This document shows, in pieces, positions 1 through 11,647 of a stretch of DNA of 36,538 bases. The notes beneath the pieces were generated by a model. That model did not search any database and was not told where the DNA came from. It saw only the letters and a program-made list of their open reading frames with translations. Every line of letters begins with the position of its first letter. The first letter of the stretch is position 1. Both the position numbers and the translations under genes were made by a program. The DNA is from Sanchytrium tribonematis (lineage: Eukaryota), in the NCBI GenBank assembly GCA_018985235.1, contig JADGIG010000033.1, positions 1 to 36,538 of the forward strand, read 5' to 3'.

Positions 1-3000
1 AATGGTGAAAGAGTTAGCCTCAGGAAATGTAAATACCTTTTTAAAGTTCAGGACTTAAATTATGCTTCACCAGCTACTGTTAGCCGATTGGGCATCGTTA
101 ATTTTCAAAAGGTTTATCCTAAGCTGGAAAATGAGAAATACATTAAAGCATTTATAGGCAAGGGCGAAAATATTGAAAGTGGAATTTCATTTGTCTGTGC
201 AAAAGACACGACTTTAGAAGACGTACATCTTTTTCTCGAATTTGTCACAGTTTTATTAGAAGATCCTTACATAAGGAAACCTAGATTTGGCGATTTTCAA
301 ATCATCAATATATATTCTGCAGAATCGATCAGTAGTGATAAATACGGCAGTAATTTTATTTTAAATTTGTTTCACTTTATTAGCAAATATAGCTTTTATT
401 TTGATGACCAAGCAAGAAAAGTTACATTTCAATCTATTCGCTTCAATTTGTTTGTTTCTGAGAAGCCAAATTTGTCAAATTTTACATACGTTGTGGAGAA
501 GGAAGCACTGTATAAAAATACAAATATCGAAAATCTGACCGAGCAGAGTATTGCTCATGACTTTAATATATTGCCATGGTTTTTGAATGGCATTCGTCAG
601 CTTTTTGCAGCTTTTCAAATGAATGCTAATATTTTATGTTACATACCTAGACCACTTGATGCCTTGGATATTTTACAAAAGATCACCGAAAAGGCAAATC
701 AATCTTATGTAAAAGCTGACTCGTTACTCGATCTAATCGACTACATTTTATCTGGCATTATGCTTCCCAAAATCAAAAATATTTGTATCACATTTGTTGT
801 TGACAATGTAAATTTTAAAAATGCTGCTTATTTTCTATCCAATATGAAGAATTTGTTTTCTTATGGAAAATTTTTATCAAAGTCAGTTTTGGAAAATTAT
901 ATTCAAAAATTAAAAGGTTATGATTTTCCATCTTTAATGAAATCATATACAATTATACCTGTTTGTACCAACGTCCTTATCTGGAACAGATTTAAGGAAG
1001 CGAGTGATATTTTTTTGGCCTTCGCCAAGATAGAAATAGGTGCCTTAACTAAGGAAGACGTTAGAGATCTGTTTCAATATTACAAATTAGATCCTCTAGA
1101 CTGCCCAATTAGCAATTTTGGATGTCTTTCTAACATTGTGGATACATCGAAAAAAGTTTACTCGACATTAATGGAAAAAAATCTATCTAGGCAATCATTC
1201 ATTGCAAAAGGCATTGGCCAGGTCAGCACTATGACTGAAAAAATCTTTAATTTGAAATTAGAAATTAAGCAGGAAATAGATAATATTAATATTCTACAGG
1301 CAGATGCTAATCAAGCCCTGGAGGATGTCACATCTAAGATTCAGTTAAGCACTGAAAAGAAAAAAGAAGTCGAGATCCAATTGGCAGATATTGAGGGTGA
1401 AAGTGCGAAAATTTTGTCGAAGAAAATGTCCATTCAACAAGAGTTGAATCAAGTAAAACCTGTGCTTGATAATGCCAAGACTAGTATTAGCGAAATTAAA
1501 CAAGAATATTTGAGCGAACTTCGAGCACTAAGGCAACCGCCTAAGATAGTCCAAGATGTTTTAGAAGCTGTATTTATAATATTAGGATTGGAAGATAATT
1601 CGTGGAACTCAATGAAAGCATTTTTAGGCGACAGAAAAATTAAAGAACAATTGACAAACTTTGACCCAGCTCAAATCAGCATGAAAAGTATTACAAAGCT
1701 CCAAAAGTTTCTTGTTGAGCATGCCGAATCGTTTGACTCCCAAAATGTCAAAAAATCTTCTCAAGCTGCATCTCCATTGGCGGAATGGGTATGTGCTACT
1801 GATCAGTATTGCAAGGTTGTTCATTCAATTGAGCCACTGAATAAAGAGCTCAAGGCACTTGAGGAGAGTTTATCCCAAAAACAGGCGTCGATCAAAGTGG
1901 CCCAAGAAGAACTTCAGAATATCAATAAGTCTGTAGAGTCTCTCAAATCTACGTTTACGACAAAAACGAAAGAAGTTGAGCAATATAAGATATCTTTGGA
2001 TTCGAAGCAAGAAAAATTAACCGAATCATCATTGTTAGTCGAGAAATTTAAGTCTGAAAGTTCGAGATGGGAAAGCAATAAGCAGGTGGTTCGAAGTTCT
2101 TCTGATGCCCTAAAATTTTGTCTAGAAAACGTCATATCATTTTATTCCGGAAAAGCTGTCGCATATTCTGAGTTTGTATCTGAAGTCAAGAAACTTGAAT
2201 ATAAAAGTATGGGTTTGATACAAGATTCCTCATTTATCGGGGCAGCATTATTTCTAGAATGCATAGATCATCAAGTGTGCATTATTGAAGAGTCAATGAT
2301 GTTTCAAGAGTTCATTGTGAAAAAATTTATCGAAAAATATATACCTCTTGCTCACTTTGATTCGTCAAGCTCAGTGAAACTTATATCAACAGCAGTTGAA
2401 CTTGGTCAGTATTTGATTCTTACACTGTCTTCCGAGCCATCTGCTTTGCTTTATGATATAATCAATAACTATCCGAAAATTTTCATGTTTATCTCTAACG
2501 CTAAGAGTTTAGAAAATTTTGTCATTGAAATTAAAGAGAGTACCTTGGTTCTAGAATTATCGTTGTCAGAAAAAGGGCTAAATGAGGTGATAACGAAAAA
2601 TGCTCAAAAACACCTACATTCTGCTGATGTTCAAAGATTGGAAACGCTTTTACTGACAGATGTGCATCTACAACAAAACTTGGAGGCAAAAGAAGAAGTC
2701 TTGCTAGGCACAGACATTGAAGATATTAAAATCAAAGTAATTTTAAAAGACTTGCAAGATTTGCAAAAGTCGATAATTGATAATAGAACGTCCATTAATG
2801 AGATTCAGTCGAAAATAGAAATCAACTATGATTTTTCAGCAATTGCTAAGTTGTTTCAAAATATACAAGCACTCAAAATCCATAATAAGAATTATGGAAC
2901 AAGTTTGCATGAATTTTTATCTTTTCTTACAACAACTTTTCATTCATTAGACAAAAAAGATTATATGAAAGTGGCATTATTAGATCTTTACAAAAATCTT

Positions 3001-4408
3001 GGCCATACGATATTTAACAAGGATAAGGCACTTCTGGATTATTGCTTTGCCAACTCATACAAAGCGTGTGATTTTAAAAAAGCGAAAGAAGTTTGCGCTG
3101 AATTGGGTCTATACGATATTGAATCGCAGTTTCCAGATCCTGATGCATTTGTAATCAGGGACAAGCGTGCATTTCTTCCAACTCCAGCAAATTACGTAGA
3201 ACTGACTTTGCAGGGGGTCTTGGATACTTCAGAGTCCAATTTTATTATAAGAGATGCCCACTTAAATTCTCAGAAAGCATTAGAGCTTCGACAGTCATTG
3301 TTGAATTTAGGAAAAAAAGTAATTGTGGAATTTGAAGATTCCTCCGAGATTCCTGCTTTGAGCCCATGCTTTTTTGTTGACCAACCACTTGATTTCAAAA
3401 CAAATCTTCAACAAGTAATTCAACTCTACAAAATATACTTTATCAATGATGAAATTCCACTTATGATGATGCTATGCCTATTCAATACTCTCATGATTTT
3501 TAGAACTAAATTTGCACCCTTTTCATTTTTAAAATCGTACGATTTTGATGACACTGATTTTCAGTTTATTGTAAAGCATGCAAGCAACTTGAAATTGGAT
3601 TTCGAAATATTGCAGCGTGTCGTAGAAACTAGTTACGGATCAAAAATTGACAATGAACTGGATATGCGAATTCTCCAATTGTTAACCTCTCAATATATAT
3701 CACGTTCATTTTACGACCAAATGCCCAAAACATACAAAGATTGCCTCGAATGGAATTCAGATGATTTGTCATTTTGTAAATTATCTGTCTTTCCAAATCT
3801 GTCAGCATCAGCACCTCCCACACCGAGTCCATCAAAATTCACCAGTATCCAAATCAAATACTCGGAAACCGATAATTTATTTATTCAACATATTAAATAC
3901 GAAATGCAAAATGCTATGAATTTTGTAAACAATGACTGCAAACCAAATGAATGGTACACTATTGAAAATGCGACTATATTTCGAGCAAAATATAATGAAT
4001 TAATCAACATGACCACCTTGGCCACCAAAAACAAATTAGATGAGCTCAATTTGAATTTATTAATACGCCCACAAGCAACATTGGAAAGTTTTAGACTTTT
4101 CGCAGCTCATAAAGGTACATTTTTTTCATTTAGATAATATTGAATTTGGTAAATTATTCATTTCTGATATAAAACCAAAACAAACTCACATTGTTGCGAA
4201 ATGTGCTATTCTCATCGGGGACGTTGTGAAGGATACTGTGGTAGAAAGTAATTCTGTTTCGGTCAAATCTTACTATTTATATGTTCATCCATTAACCAAT
4301 CAAGAATTCAATTGTGTTAGTGTTGTTTCAAAAGACAAATTATTGTATACGCTTTATACTCAAAACAGCAATGTCAAATACATGAGACCAACCATTATCA
4401 TTGAATAA
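1..4408 (+). CDS. DYNC2H1: Cytoplasmic dynein-2 (IFT dynein) heavy chain, 5'-partial and highly degenerate; join(<1..4114,4134..4408)
   Basis: Frame is open from base 1: NGERVSL..LFKVQDLNYASPATVSRLGIV is the end of dynein AAA2. The stalk/MTBD sequence LSELRALRQPPKIVQDVLEAV..SWNSMKAFL..SFDSQNVKKSSQAASPLAEWV is dynein-2-like. C-terminal YGSKIDNELDMRIL. A 19-nt intron joins it in frame to the 4226..4408 ORF. Confidence 0.85.
4115..4133 (+). other. 19-nt spliceosomal intron
   Basis: GTACATTTTTTTCATTTAG. Removal gives ..AHK-D-NIEFGK.. and an open frame to 4408, where the stop lies within GAATAAA. Confidence 0.85.
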
Positions 4409-4412
4409 ATGT

Positions 4413-6923
4413 TTATAAAATGCCATTCGTGATTCTTTGGTACTGATCGTACAGAATTGTAAATACGTTTTCAATACTGTTGTCTATAATGCTGTAGACC
4501 TGGTCCTGTAATTTCTCATCAGTCAAATGGACTAAGCAACGCTCTCTTAACGCATCTGTGACGGGGCAATTGGTATTTGTTTGTCTGGAAGTGACACTGC
4601 TTGATCTTGAAGTGGGCCGAGTGGATGCCCTGGTAGATCTTCTGGAGATACGATCTTGAGAGGTTGTTGGTGTGTTGGCATTCAGTAGTGGTGAGCTAGC
4701 TTGTCTATTGTGTTTGGCATCTAGTCCTCGACTTAATTCCGCTGGAACACTACTAGACCGTTGTAATTCTGGAGAAAATCTAGCATCATCAAATATAGGA
4801 GAATTCACTTGTTCAGGGGAATATGGTTCGACGCCGGTAAAACAGGGTAATGGCTCTGAAGCAATTTCCATCATATGAACTAAATCCGTTAGTTTTCGAT
4901 GATGTTTTTTCACAGCTTTAAATCCATGTTGCATTAATTGAGTAAAATCTGTCCAAAGCGATGATCCAAATATTTTAGACCGTTCCAAAAATTCACGTGA
5001 GCTGCTCGAGAGCACTGGTGTGTTGTCTGCTGAAATTGTTGGCGTAGTGACATTGAGTCTATCTTCAGAGCGTCTTAATTCTTTGGGGACGCCCCCGAGT
5101 ATTTCAATATAGTCATGATGTAATTTGAAGGGGGCTTGTTCGAATCCTGTGCCTCTGCTAACAAATCCACCAATTCCTTTTGCACCAGGAATTAAATTGA
5201 AGAAAAAACCAAAGTCAATGTGAATTAACTTGCCAGTAGGTTTATGCAATAAAATGTTGCCATTGTGTCTGTCTTTAATGTTGAACAAATATGTGGCAAT
5301 GCTGTAGCTTACAAGACTCAGCAAAAATTTATAATGCGGGCCACCGATTTGCTTTCCATATAGCGCCTCAAATCCATGTTGAAAAGAACCATATTGCTCT
5401 GTCAATCTGTGCACCGATACAGTGTCGAGGCAGAGTTCTATCATACCATGCTTCCTTTCATTGCCAAAATATTCCTCATCATCATCAATATTTTCAGGGT
5501 GTTGGCTGAGCCAAGCAGGAAGTCTAGCTCTGCCTGAAACTGATAAAATTTCATAAATCGTAAGACCGCTAGCAAGACCACCTTCAAAAAGAGACTCCCC
5601 AACGTGTTCTTCTGCAAAAATTTCTTTAAGTATCTGTAAAAGCTGCAAAGCAAATTTTTCCTGTCTTAGATCTCCTGGTTTGTGAAGCATTGGTATAATA
5701 TGAAAGGAATTGATGCTAGAATATGGAGATTCTAATGCAAGTTCGTTCAAATAATCAGAGAATGTACCTTTGTGTTTCCTATCTTTTGGTATCTCGCTCA
5801 AATCAGCATAGCTGTCAAAACTGAGGCCTTTCCATTGCTCTTTCCATTTTTTAGTAGTGATTTTGAGATTTTCGACTATTTTTGCTTGATATTCTTTTTT
5901 TGATTCTCTGTACAAATGTGAGGCTGTATTGATTTGGATCATCATATCAGAAAGCGAAGGAATATGCGGGTTATTTTCTAAAACAGTATTTCTAATTTTT
6001 TGGTAATAGTCTAAGTCTTCTATAGCAACACATTCATAATAAACAATATAAGGTCTTTCATGCGCAGAAGACATAAATTCACTGGAAGGCGTGCAAGATA
6101 CGATAGAATAAACATCAGAAGCTTTTTCTGAGACATTCGGTGAATTATATAATGTTTCTGTACCTTTGCATTTTAAATAATCAAAGCATTTTCTGTGGGT
6201 TTTCACTGAAAATGGGGAAGCCAGGCATTTCATGTCAAGACCATATTTTAAGTAATATAGCTGCATATCAAGAACATCCATCATTCTGGGTATATTAGAA
6301 AAAAAAGATAATGAATTAAAAACGGAATCAGAATAGTGGAGTATCCTTACATAAAATTCACTTCTCGCTAGATTTTTTGAGCTGGATTCAGTGCTGGTTG
6401 TGTATAGTTTATATTTCTGTTCCATTTGTTTGTAATTTGCAATAAAAGTGATCTTATTTTCAAACAAGCTTGGGAAATTATAAGATTTTTGAACATCTGA
6501 TGGGCACATCATTAAAAATGGTAGCATACAATACAAATCTATAGTTCTCTTGCAATTATTCATTGGGTATAAATGTGTATTAAGCAACAATGCCATATTT
6601 TGATGAAAATCCGTTAATGGTATTATTTTAGCCATTTCCTTCCAGGTGAGTTGACGAAATTGGAGTGCCAACTGGTCTTTTAAAAGAAATAATTGATTAA
6701 TAGCTTTGTATAAAATGTTGTCGAATGAAACCGGAAGTATGGTGAGTTGCAAGCTGAATCGTTCTAATTTTTCCATCGTTATTTGATCAAACTCGTTACT
6801 ATTTTCCGTCTCTAAACGATTATATAGAATATCTACCAATAAAGGCGATGGGTGTTTGTTTATCTGATATAAAAATATAGAAATATCTGCAACATCTAAC
6901 AACTTCAACAAACTCGGTTTCAT
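4413..6923 (-). CDS. PIK1: Phosphatidylinositol 4-kinase, type III beta / Pik1-like
   Basis: S-AHERPY, GDLRQE, IKDRHNGNIL, IHIDFGF and FEQAPFKL motifs; C-terminal YDQYQRITNGIL. Confidence 0.88.
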   Translation of the reverse strand: MKPSLLKLLDVADISIFLYQINKHPSPLLVDILYNRLETENSNEFDQITMEKLERFSLQLTILPVSFDNILYKAINQLFLLKDQLALQFRQLTWKEMAKIIPLTDFHQNMALLLNTHLYPMNNCKRTIDLYCMLPFLMMCPSDVQKSYNFPSLFENKITFIANYKQMEQKYKLYTTSTESSSKNLARSEFYVRILHYSDSVFNSLSFFSNIPRMMDVLDMQLYYLKYGLDMKCLASPFSVKTHRKCFDYLKCKGTETLYNSPNVSEKASDVYSIVSCTPSSEFMSSAHERPYIVYYECVAIEDLDYYQKIRNTVLENNPHIPSLSDMMIQINTASHLYRESKKEYQAKIVENLKITTKKWKEQWKGLSFDSYADLSEIPKDRKHKGTFSDYLNELALESPYSSINSFHIIPMLHKPGDLRQEKFALQLLQILKEIFAEEHVGESLFEGGLASGLTIYEILSVSGRARLPAWLSQHPENIDDDEEYFGNERKHGMIELCLDTVSVHRLTEQYGSFQHGFEALYGKQIGGPHYKFLLSLVSYSIATYLFNIKDRHNGNILLHKPTGKLIHIDFGFFFNLIPGAKGIGGFVSRGTGFEQAPFKLHHDYIEILGGVPKELRRSEDRLNVTTPTISADNTPVLSSSSREFLERSKIFGSSLWTDFTQLMQHGFKAVKKHHRKLTDLVHMMEIASEPLPCFTGVEPYSPEQVNSPIFDDARFSPELQRSSSVPAELSRGLDAKHNRQASSPLLNANTPTTSQDRISRRSTRASTRPTSRSSSVTSRQTNTNCPVTDALRERCLVHLTDEKLQDQVYSIIDNSIENVFTILYDQYQRITNGIL

Positions 6924-7001
6924 AAAATTTTATTTTGACGATTGCAAAAATAATTTCATGCTAATATGTAATACTCAAAGTTTTATTCAACAAAGATTTG
7001 G

Positions 7002-7352
7002 CTAAACTTCGCTTAAATCACTTGGCAATTCAAATTGAGCGAGAATTAAACTGATTTTTTCCAAAGCTTGACTTAATTTTTGCTTTCTTTCAAATTGATC
7101 TTTAAATTTTTGATTGTATGTCACAATAGAGTTGTCCACATACTCCACAATATGATTTTTACTTTCACTCAGTGCTTGGTCAATATAATTTTTCAGTCCT
7201 TCTGAAAAATAATCAATTTTTTCCTTTAACACAATGCCAAAATCTTCATATTCATCAACCATTCTTTGGATTTGGGTGAGCTCTTCTTGATAGTCAGGCA
7301 AGTCAATCTCGCTCATATGGTGTAATAAAGTTTCAGAAATATATTTTATCAT
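7002..7352 (-). CDS. Hypothetical small coiled-coil protein (116 aa)
   Basis: ATG-initiated ORF filling the gap between genes; helical, charged composition; no family recognised. Confidence 0.6.
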   Translation of the reverse strand: MIKYISETLLHHMSEIDLPDYQEELTQIQRMVDEYEDFGIVLKEKIDYFSEGLKNYIDQALSESKNHIVEYVDNSIVTYNQKFKDQFERKQKLSQALEKISLILAQFELPSDLSEV

Positions 7353-7364
7353 TTTTTATTAGGA

Positions 7365-7844
7365 TTACAACTTTTCAATTTTCAAACCATCCTTAAAAAA
7401 AGTAATATACGGTGTGATACCATCTTCACGCCAATTCAATAACGCGACCATAGCATCAGGGTCCATGCTTTCCCCAATGAAAAATTGCAAATCTGCAATA
7501 TTTCCTAATTGAGATTTAACAAATGCTTGTGCTTCAGATTTGAACCCATCAACTCGTTCAGGATTATTTGCTTCCAAATGTGCTTGTAATTTCTTCATGT
7601 AACCTTTAATGTAAGTCATGTAGGATTTCTTGTCAAATTGGGTTTCTACCAGACGAAAAGAGTAAACAACATCGTTGACAGTAAGCGTTTGGTCATCGAC
7701 CTCATCTTCGTTAACAGGCAAATCGCTACCTTCTTTAACCTGAATCATTTTACAGTCAACTTCAAAAGTGCATCCGACTTCCTTGTATTTGTATGCATCA
7801 CTGAACATTTCATCACCACTTAGAACATCTCGAAATAACTTCAT
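7365..7844 (-). CDS. TPT1: Translationally controlled tumour protein (TCTP/Tma19)
   Basis: MKLFRDVLSGDEMFSD start, FDKKSYMTYIKGYMK, FFIGESMDPD, TPY..FKDGL; likely ATG at 7844. Confidence 0.96.
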   Translation of the reverse strand: MKLFRDVLSGDEMFSDAYKYKEVGCTFEVDCKMIQVKEGSDLPVNEDEVDDQTLTVNDVVYSFRLVETQFDKKSYMTYIKGYMKKLQAHLEANNPERVDGFKSEAQAFVKSQLGNIADLQFFIGESMDPDAMVALLNWREDGITPYITFFKDGLKIEKL

Positions 7845-8049
7845 TGCAAAAAAGGAGGTTTGAAGTCTTTTGAAGTATTTATTCGCCAATCAACGCATAG
7901 ATATTGGTTGTATCATTTCTTCCCCAATGATCAGAAGTTGCTTTGAAAGCAATAGTCGATGGTATATGCCTCAAAGTTTCGCAGTTGTTACGAATCACAA
8001 TTTTTGTTAAAAAATAATTGGAGATCGGAAATATGTGTCAAAATAAATT

Positions 8050-8058
8050 CACGTGTTT
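8050..8058 (+). promoter_or_regulatory. E-box CACGTGTTT upstream of RPL37
   Basis: Starts 54 nt before the ATG; the same 9-mer recurs at a similar distance before RPS24 and the RRM gene. Confidence 0.6.
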
Positions 8059-8103
8059 GATTACACTTTTTTTCTAAATTGTAGTGAATTTTGTAATTCC
8101 AAA

Positions 8104-8352
8104 ATGACCAAAGGTACTTCATCTATGGGTAAAAGACACATCAAGACACACGGTTTGTGTCGAAGATGTGGAAGACACGCATATCATTTACAAAAATACG
8201 AATGTGCAGCTTGCGGATATCCAGCAGCTAAAACCAGAAGATATAATTGGAGTGAAAAAGCAATCAGACGTAAAACAACTGGTACAGGTAGATGCGCGTA
8301 CTTGAAAAATGTAACTAGAAGATTTAAAAACGGATTTAGAACTTCTAAATAA
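8104..8352 (+). CDS. RPL37: 60S ribosomal protein L37 (eL37)
   Basis: [12 protein letters not shown], zinc finger [32 protein letters not shown] at 8104. Confidence 0.97.
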   Translation: MTKGTSSMGKRHIKTHGLCRRCGRHAYHLQKYECAACGYPAAKTRRYNWSEKAIRRKTTGTGRCAYLKNVTRRFKNGFRTSK

Positions 8353-8506
8353 AATACTTTTCCTTTACTTCAATCAATAGGCTTTTAATTTATTATTGTT
8401 TTCTCTCAATTCTATTTGCTAGGTTTTGGCAATGTTGCTATTTTTAGTAACATTTTAAAACGTCTTCTATAAAAGCAACGGATGGCCCAAGTCTCGCGTT
8501 GAAACC

Positions 8507-8953
8507 ATGACATCTCTAGTCAGCGACCCAAAGATAAAAGAGTTATACGACCAGGTAAGAAGCGATTCTGAACCACTAAACTGGTTATATCTAACTTACA
8601 AGGAACCAGCAGACGTTCTTGAAGTCAGAGGAAGCGGATCTGGTGGTCTTAAAGAAATGTACGCACACTTAAAACCAGAAGAATGTGGATATGGATATGT
8701 CAGAATCAATATTGGAAACGATGAATTATCAACAAGATCCAAATTTATTTTGGTAAGTTGGGTTGGAGCAAACGCCAAGATCATGAGAAAAGCTAAAATT
8801 AGTGTTCAATTAGCCGAAGTCAAATCTGTTTTGAAAGTTTATGCTTGTGAATTCGCAGCTAACACCATCAATGACTTAAAAGAAGATGAAGTTTTGTTGA
8901 AAGTTAAAAAAGCTATGGGTGCAAATTATGACAGACAATCATCTCAATATTAA
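8507..8953 (+). CDS. Coactosin-like ADF-H actin-binding protein
   Basis: YDQVRSD..NWL, GSGGL.E, GYGYVR, RSKFILVSWVG, MRKAK, KKAMGANYD. Confidence 0.9.
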   Translation: MTSLVSDPKIKELYDQVRSDSEPLNWLYLTYKEPADVLEVRGSGSGGLKEMYAHLKPEECGYGYVRINIGNDELSTRSKFILVSWVGANAKIMRKAKISVQLAEVKSVLKVYACEFAANTINDLKEDEVLLKVKKAMGANYDRQSSQY

Positions 8954-8998
8954 ACCCAGTAAATTGGTAAATATCCGTACCCATATTCAATTTATTTT

Positions 8999-10850
8999 TC
9001 AGTTTAGATTATCGGTGCTCGATATTCTTTCAAACTTGTTTCGATTATATTTTCTATCTGTTTTTAATTTTGGTCGCTTTCCACATTTTACGGAAACTCC
9101 AAACAAAGCCAACAAGAAAATGATGCAAATAATTATAACCCAGATTGTTACTGAACTAAGTCAGAAATAAATACTTATTAAGTGTGACATTTGTACCTAT
9201 TGGAACTTTAAATCCACTCAAAGTGACTGAAGCAATATTTTTGGAATCACTGAAACTTTGGGATTGAGTGCTCCGCAGCTGGGTCGCATCCAAATATCTT
9301 GAAGACTGGTAGCTTGTAGAGACTGATGACGTAGATTCTTCTATTATCCAAAAATGGAATTTTTCAATCGAGTCTGTCTTAGAGTTATTGAACATACTGA
9401 GAGTAGAATTAGTATAATTGAAATGAGTCGTATTGGTGGCGGTATGATTGGAAGCAATATTATAATTTGTTCGCGTGAACCTGGTAGACGTCGAATTATA
9501 AGAGTTGGTACGATTCATAGCTACAGACCGAGTAGAAATTGTGGTCGAGGTGAATAACGGTCTAAAAGTCGTAGTAGCAGCATACTTCAAGCATATTTTT
9601 GAATATGTTATCGATTCATTAATGCAAGTTAGGCTCCAAATGCCACTTGTCAAATTAGAAAGCTTGGTGATGCCACCACAATTTAAATAGTCCAATTTCA
9701 CAGTGTAAAGTGGGCCTTTGGGATTACTTGTGCATATTGCAGGGAGTGTGGAATTTTTACCGATTACGATTGATTTGGGTATACCAGAATCTTGACAAAG
9801 TTCAGTCAAAATCTCATTTGTAGAAGGAGAAAATGCAAAATCCAAGGTTTTACCACTGAGTTGTGCTCTCAGGTTTTTAACAGATTTCAAGGAAAGGTTT
9901 CTGAACCTTAAATTGTTAGCACAACTCACAATATCTGAGACTGAATTCACAACCAAATTGTCCATGATGAGATAAGCGAATGTATGTGTGCAATCGACTT
10001 TTCCTTTGTTCAATAAATCCGAATTACCAGACAAGTCAATCTTTGCATTCAAAAATATTGGAGAAGCCTCAAATGTGTCTAATAAGTTGTATGATAAGTC
10101 AAGAACATCAGATCTATCTCCCAAATAAAACCAAATGGGTACATGCGTCAAATAATTATGTCCAGCGTATAATTCTAAGAGTTGTGGAAATACATTGTCA
10201 TCCAATGAAGTGAATTTGTTCTTGCTAACATCTAAAATCTGTAAATAAGACGGCTGAATATTGGTTGGAAATTCAGTTAATTGATTATTTGTCAAATTTA
10301 GTTTTTTAAGACCGAATACATTAATAAGTTTGTCAATAACCCCAAATGTAATATTGACACTATTTGATATTTCTAATTCATTCAAGGAAAGTTTATTATT
10401 TTGAAAAACACAACTAGGAATTCTTGTATTCACCAAATTGTCAATTCTTAAAACTTTTAGCTTAGAATAATTTGCAGAAGAACATAGAGAAACCAGAAAT
10501 GAATAATAGTTGTATCCATTGACATTTCTCAATGTTAAACTTGTGAGCTTTGAGTTGATGTTCAGCCAATTCTGTGAGATTTGCGAATTGACAAATTCCA
10601 AATCCAGAGTTGTGACCTGGGTAAAACTAATAAGAAAGGTAGGATCGTAATAGGAACAGTCTAGCACTTTTACCTTCACTTGAGTGATTTGGCTGTATGG
10701 AACATTTATGCATGTTTTATTCCAAGGAGAAATGTCCAGCCTAGTCGGTATATCCGATCCAGATCTGGCCACTATAGTTAAGGAGTCGGATGTATAATAG
10801 ATATTTGGACTATCATTTGGAATTTGTTGAGAACAAAAAAGGTGGCTCAT
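8999..10850 (-). CDS. Leucine-rich-repeat type I membrane protein; join(10850..9175,9155..8999), 610 aa
   Basis: LRRs (LKKLNLTNNQLTEFP, LQILDVSKNKFTSL, LDLSYNLL) and an S/T/N-rich stalk. Exon 2 adds a TM helix (VTIWVIIICIIFLLALFGVSV) and a basic tail. Confidence 0.82.
9156..9174 (-). other. 19-nt spliceosomal intron
   Basis: GTATTTATTTCTGACTTAG with branch motif CTGAC; removal restores the TM exon. Confidence 0.88.
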
Positions 10851-11186
10851 GTTATAGAAGAAAAATCAAAAAAAATATATAAATGCTCAGGGTTAAAAAG
10901 CTAAAAATCATGTATCAATTTTTATAACCTCATCTTTGCAATAAATATACTATATATCGAGGGATGCCGCACAACCATTATAAGCCTCATTGAGTTCGAT
11001 AGCTACCCACTTTAATCCGACCAAATAAATTTGGCTATTGCACTTTCTGCTTGTGGATATGAGGACTTTCCCTGGCAAATGGACATTCTGTCAGTAAGTG
11101 GCGCCAAAAATATCATGATTGAGCAACATAAGGGGAAATCAAAATTTGTCAGTTACAGTTCAAAACACTCGTCTGGTTGGTCAGCC

Positions 11187-11195
11187 CACGTGTTT
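11187..11195 (+). promoter_or_regulatory. E-box CACGTGTTT upstream of RPS24
   Basis: Starts 42 nt before the ATG; shared with the RPL37 promoter. Confidence 0.6.
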
Positions 11196-11228
11196 TGTAA
11201 AATTGACAGTGCCGAAAATAACTTTTGA

Positions 11229-11627
11229 ATGACTGACACTATTAAATTAAGAACAAGAAAGTTCTTGACAAACAGATTATTACAAAGAAAGCAAATGGTT
11301 ATTGACATTGATCACCCAAATCAAGCTTCTCCATCTAGATTGGTTCTAAGAGAACAATTATCTAAATTATACAACAGTTCTCTTGATTGCGTCGTCGTAT
11401 TCGGAATCATGACTAAGTTTGGTGGTGGAAAATCTACAGGATTTGCACTTGTTTATGATGATGTTGATTCTTTAAAGAAATTCGAACCTACTTACCGTCA
11501 AGTAAGATTAGGTTTAACTGAACCTGCAAAAACTGGAAGAAAGCAACGCAAAGAAAAGAAAAATAGATTGTTGAAATTAAGAGGTACCGAAAAAGTAACT
11601 GGTAAAAAGAAGAGAAAGAGCGATTAA
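11229..11627 (+). CDS. RPS24: 40S ribosomal protein S24 (eS24)
   Basis: [51 protein letters not shown]. Confidence 0.97.
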   Translation: MTDTIKLRTRKFLTNRLLQRKQMVIDIDHPNQASPSRLVLREQLSKLYNSSLDCVVVFGIMTKFGGGKSTGFALVYDDVDSLKKFEPTYRQVRLGLTEPAKTGRKQRKEKKNRLLKLRGTEKVTGKKKRKSD

Positions 11628-11647
11628 TAAAATCTTTCATTTAATAT

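Noticed and set aside
10852..10911. Hydrophobic 19-aa uORF (MIFSFLTLSIYIFFLIFLL) ending just before the LRR ATG, as a frameshifted signal peptide
   Set aside because: T-rich, TATA-containing DNA gives such peptides by chance and no consensus intron links it; a homopolymer error remains possible and could be checked in raw reads
10991..11002. GAGTTCGAT resembling a tRNA T-loop or B box
   Set aside because: No cloverleaf stems could be built around it
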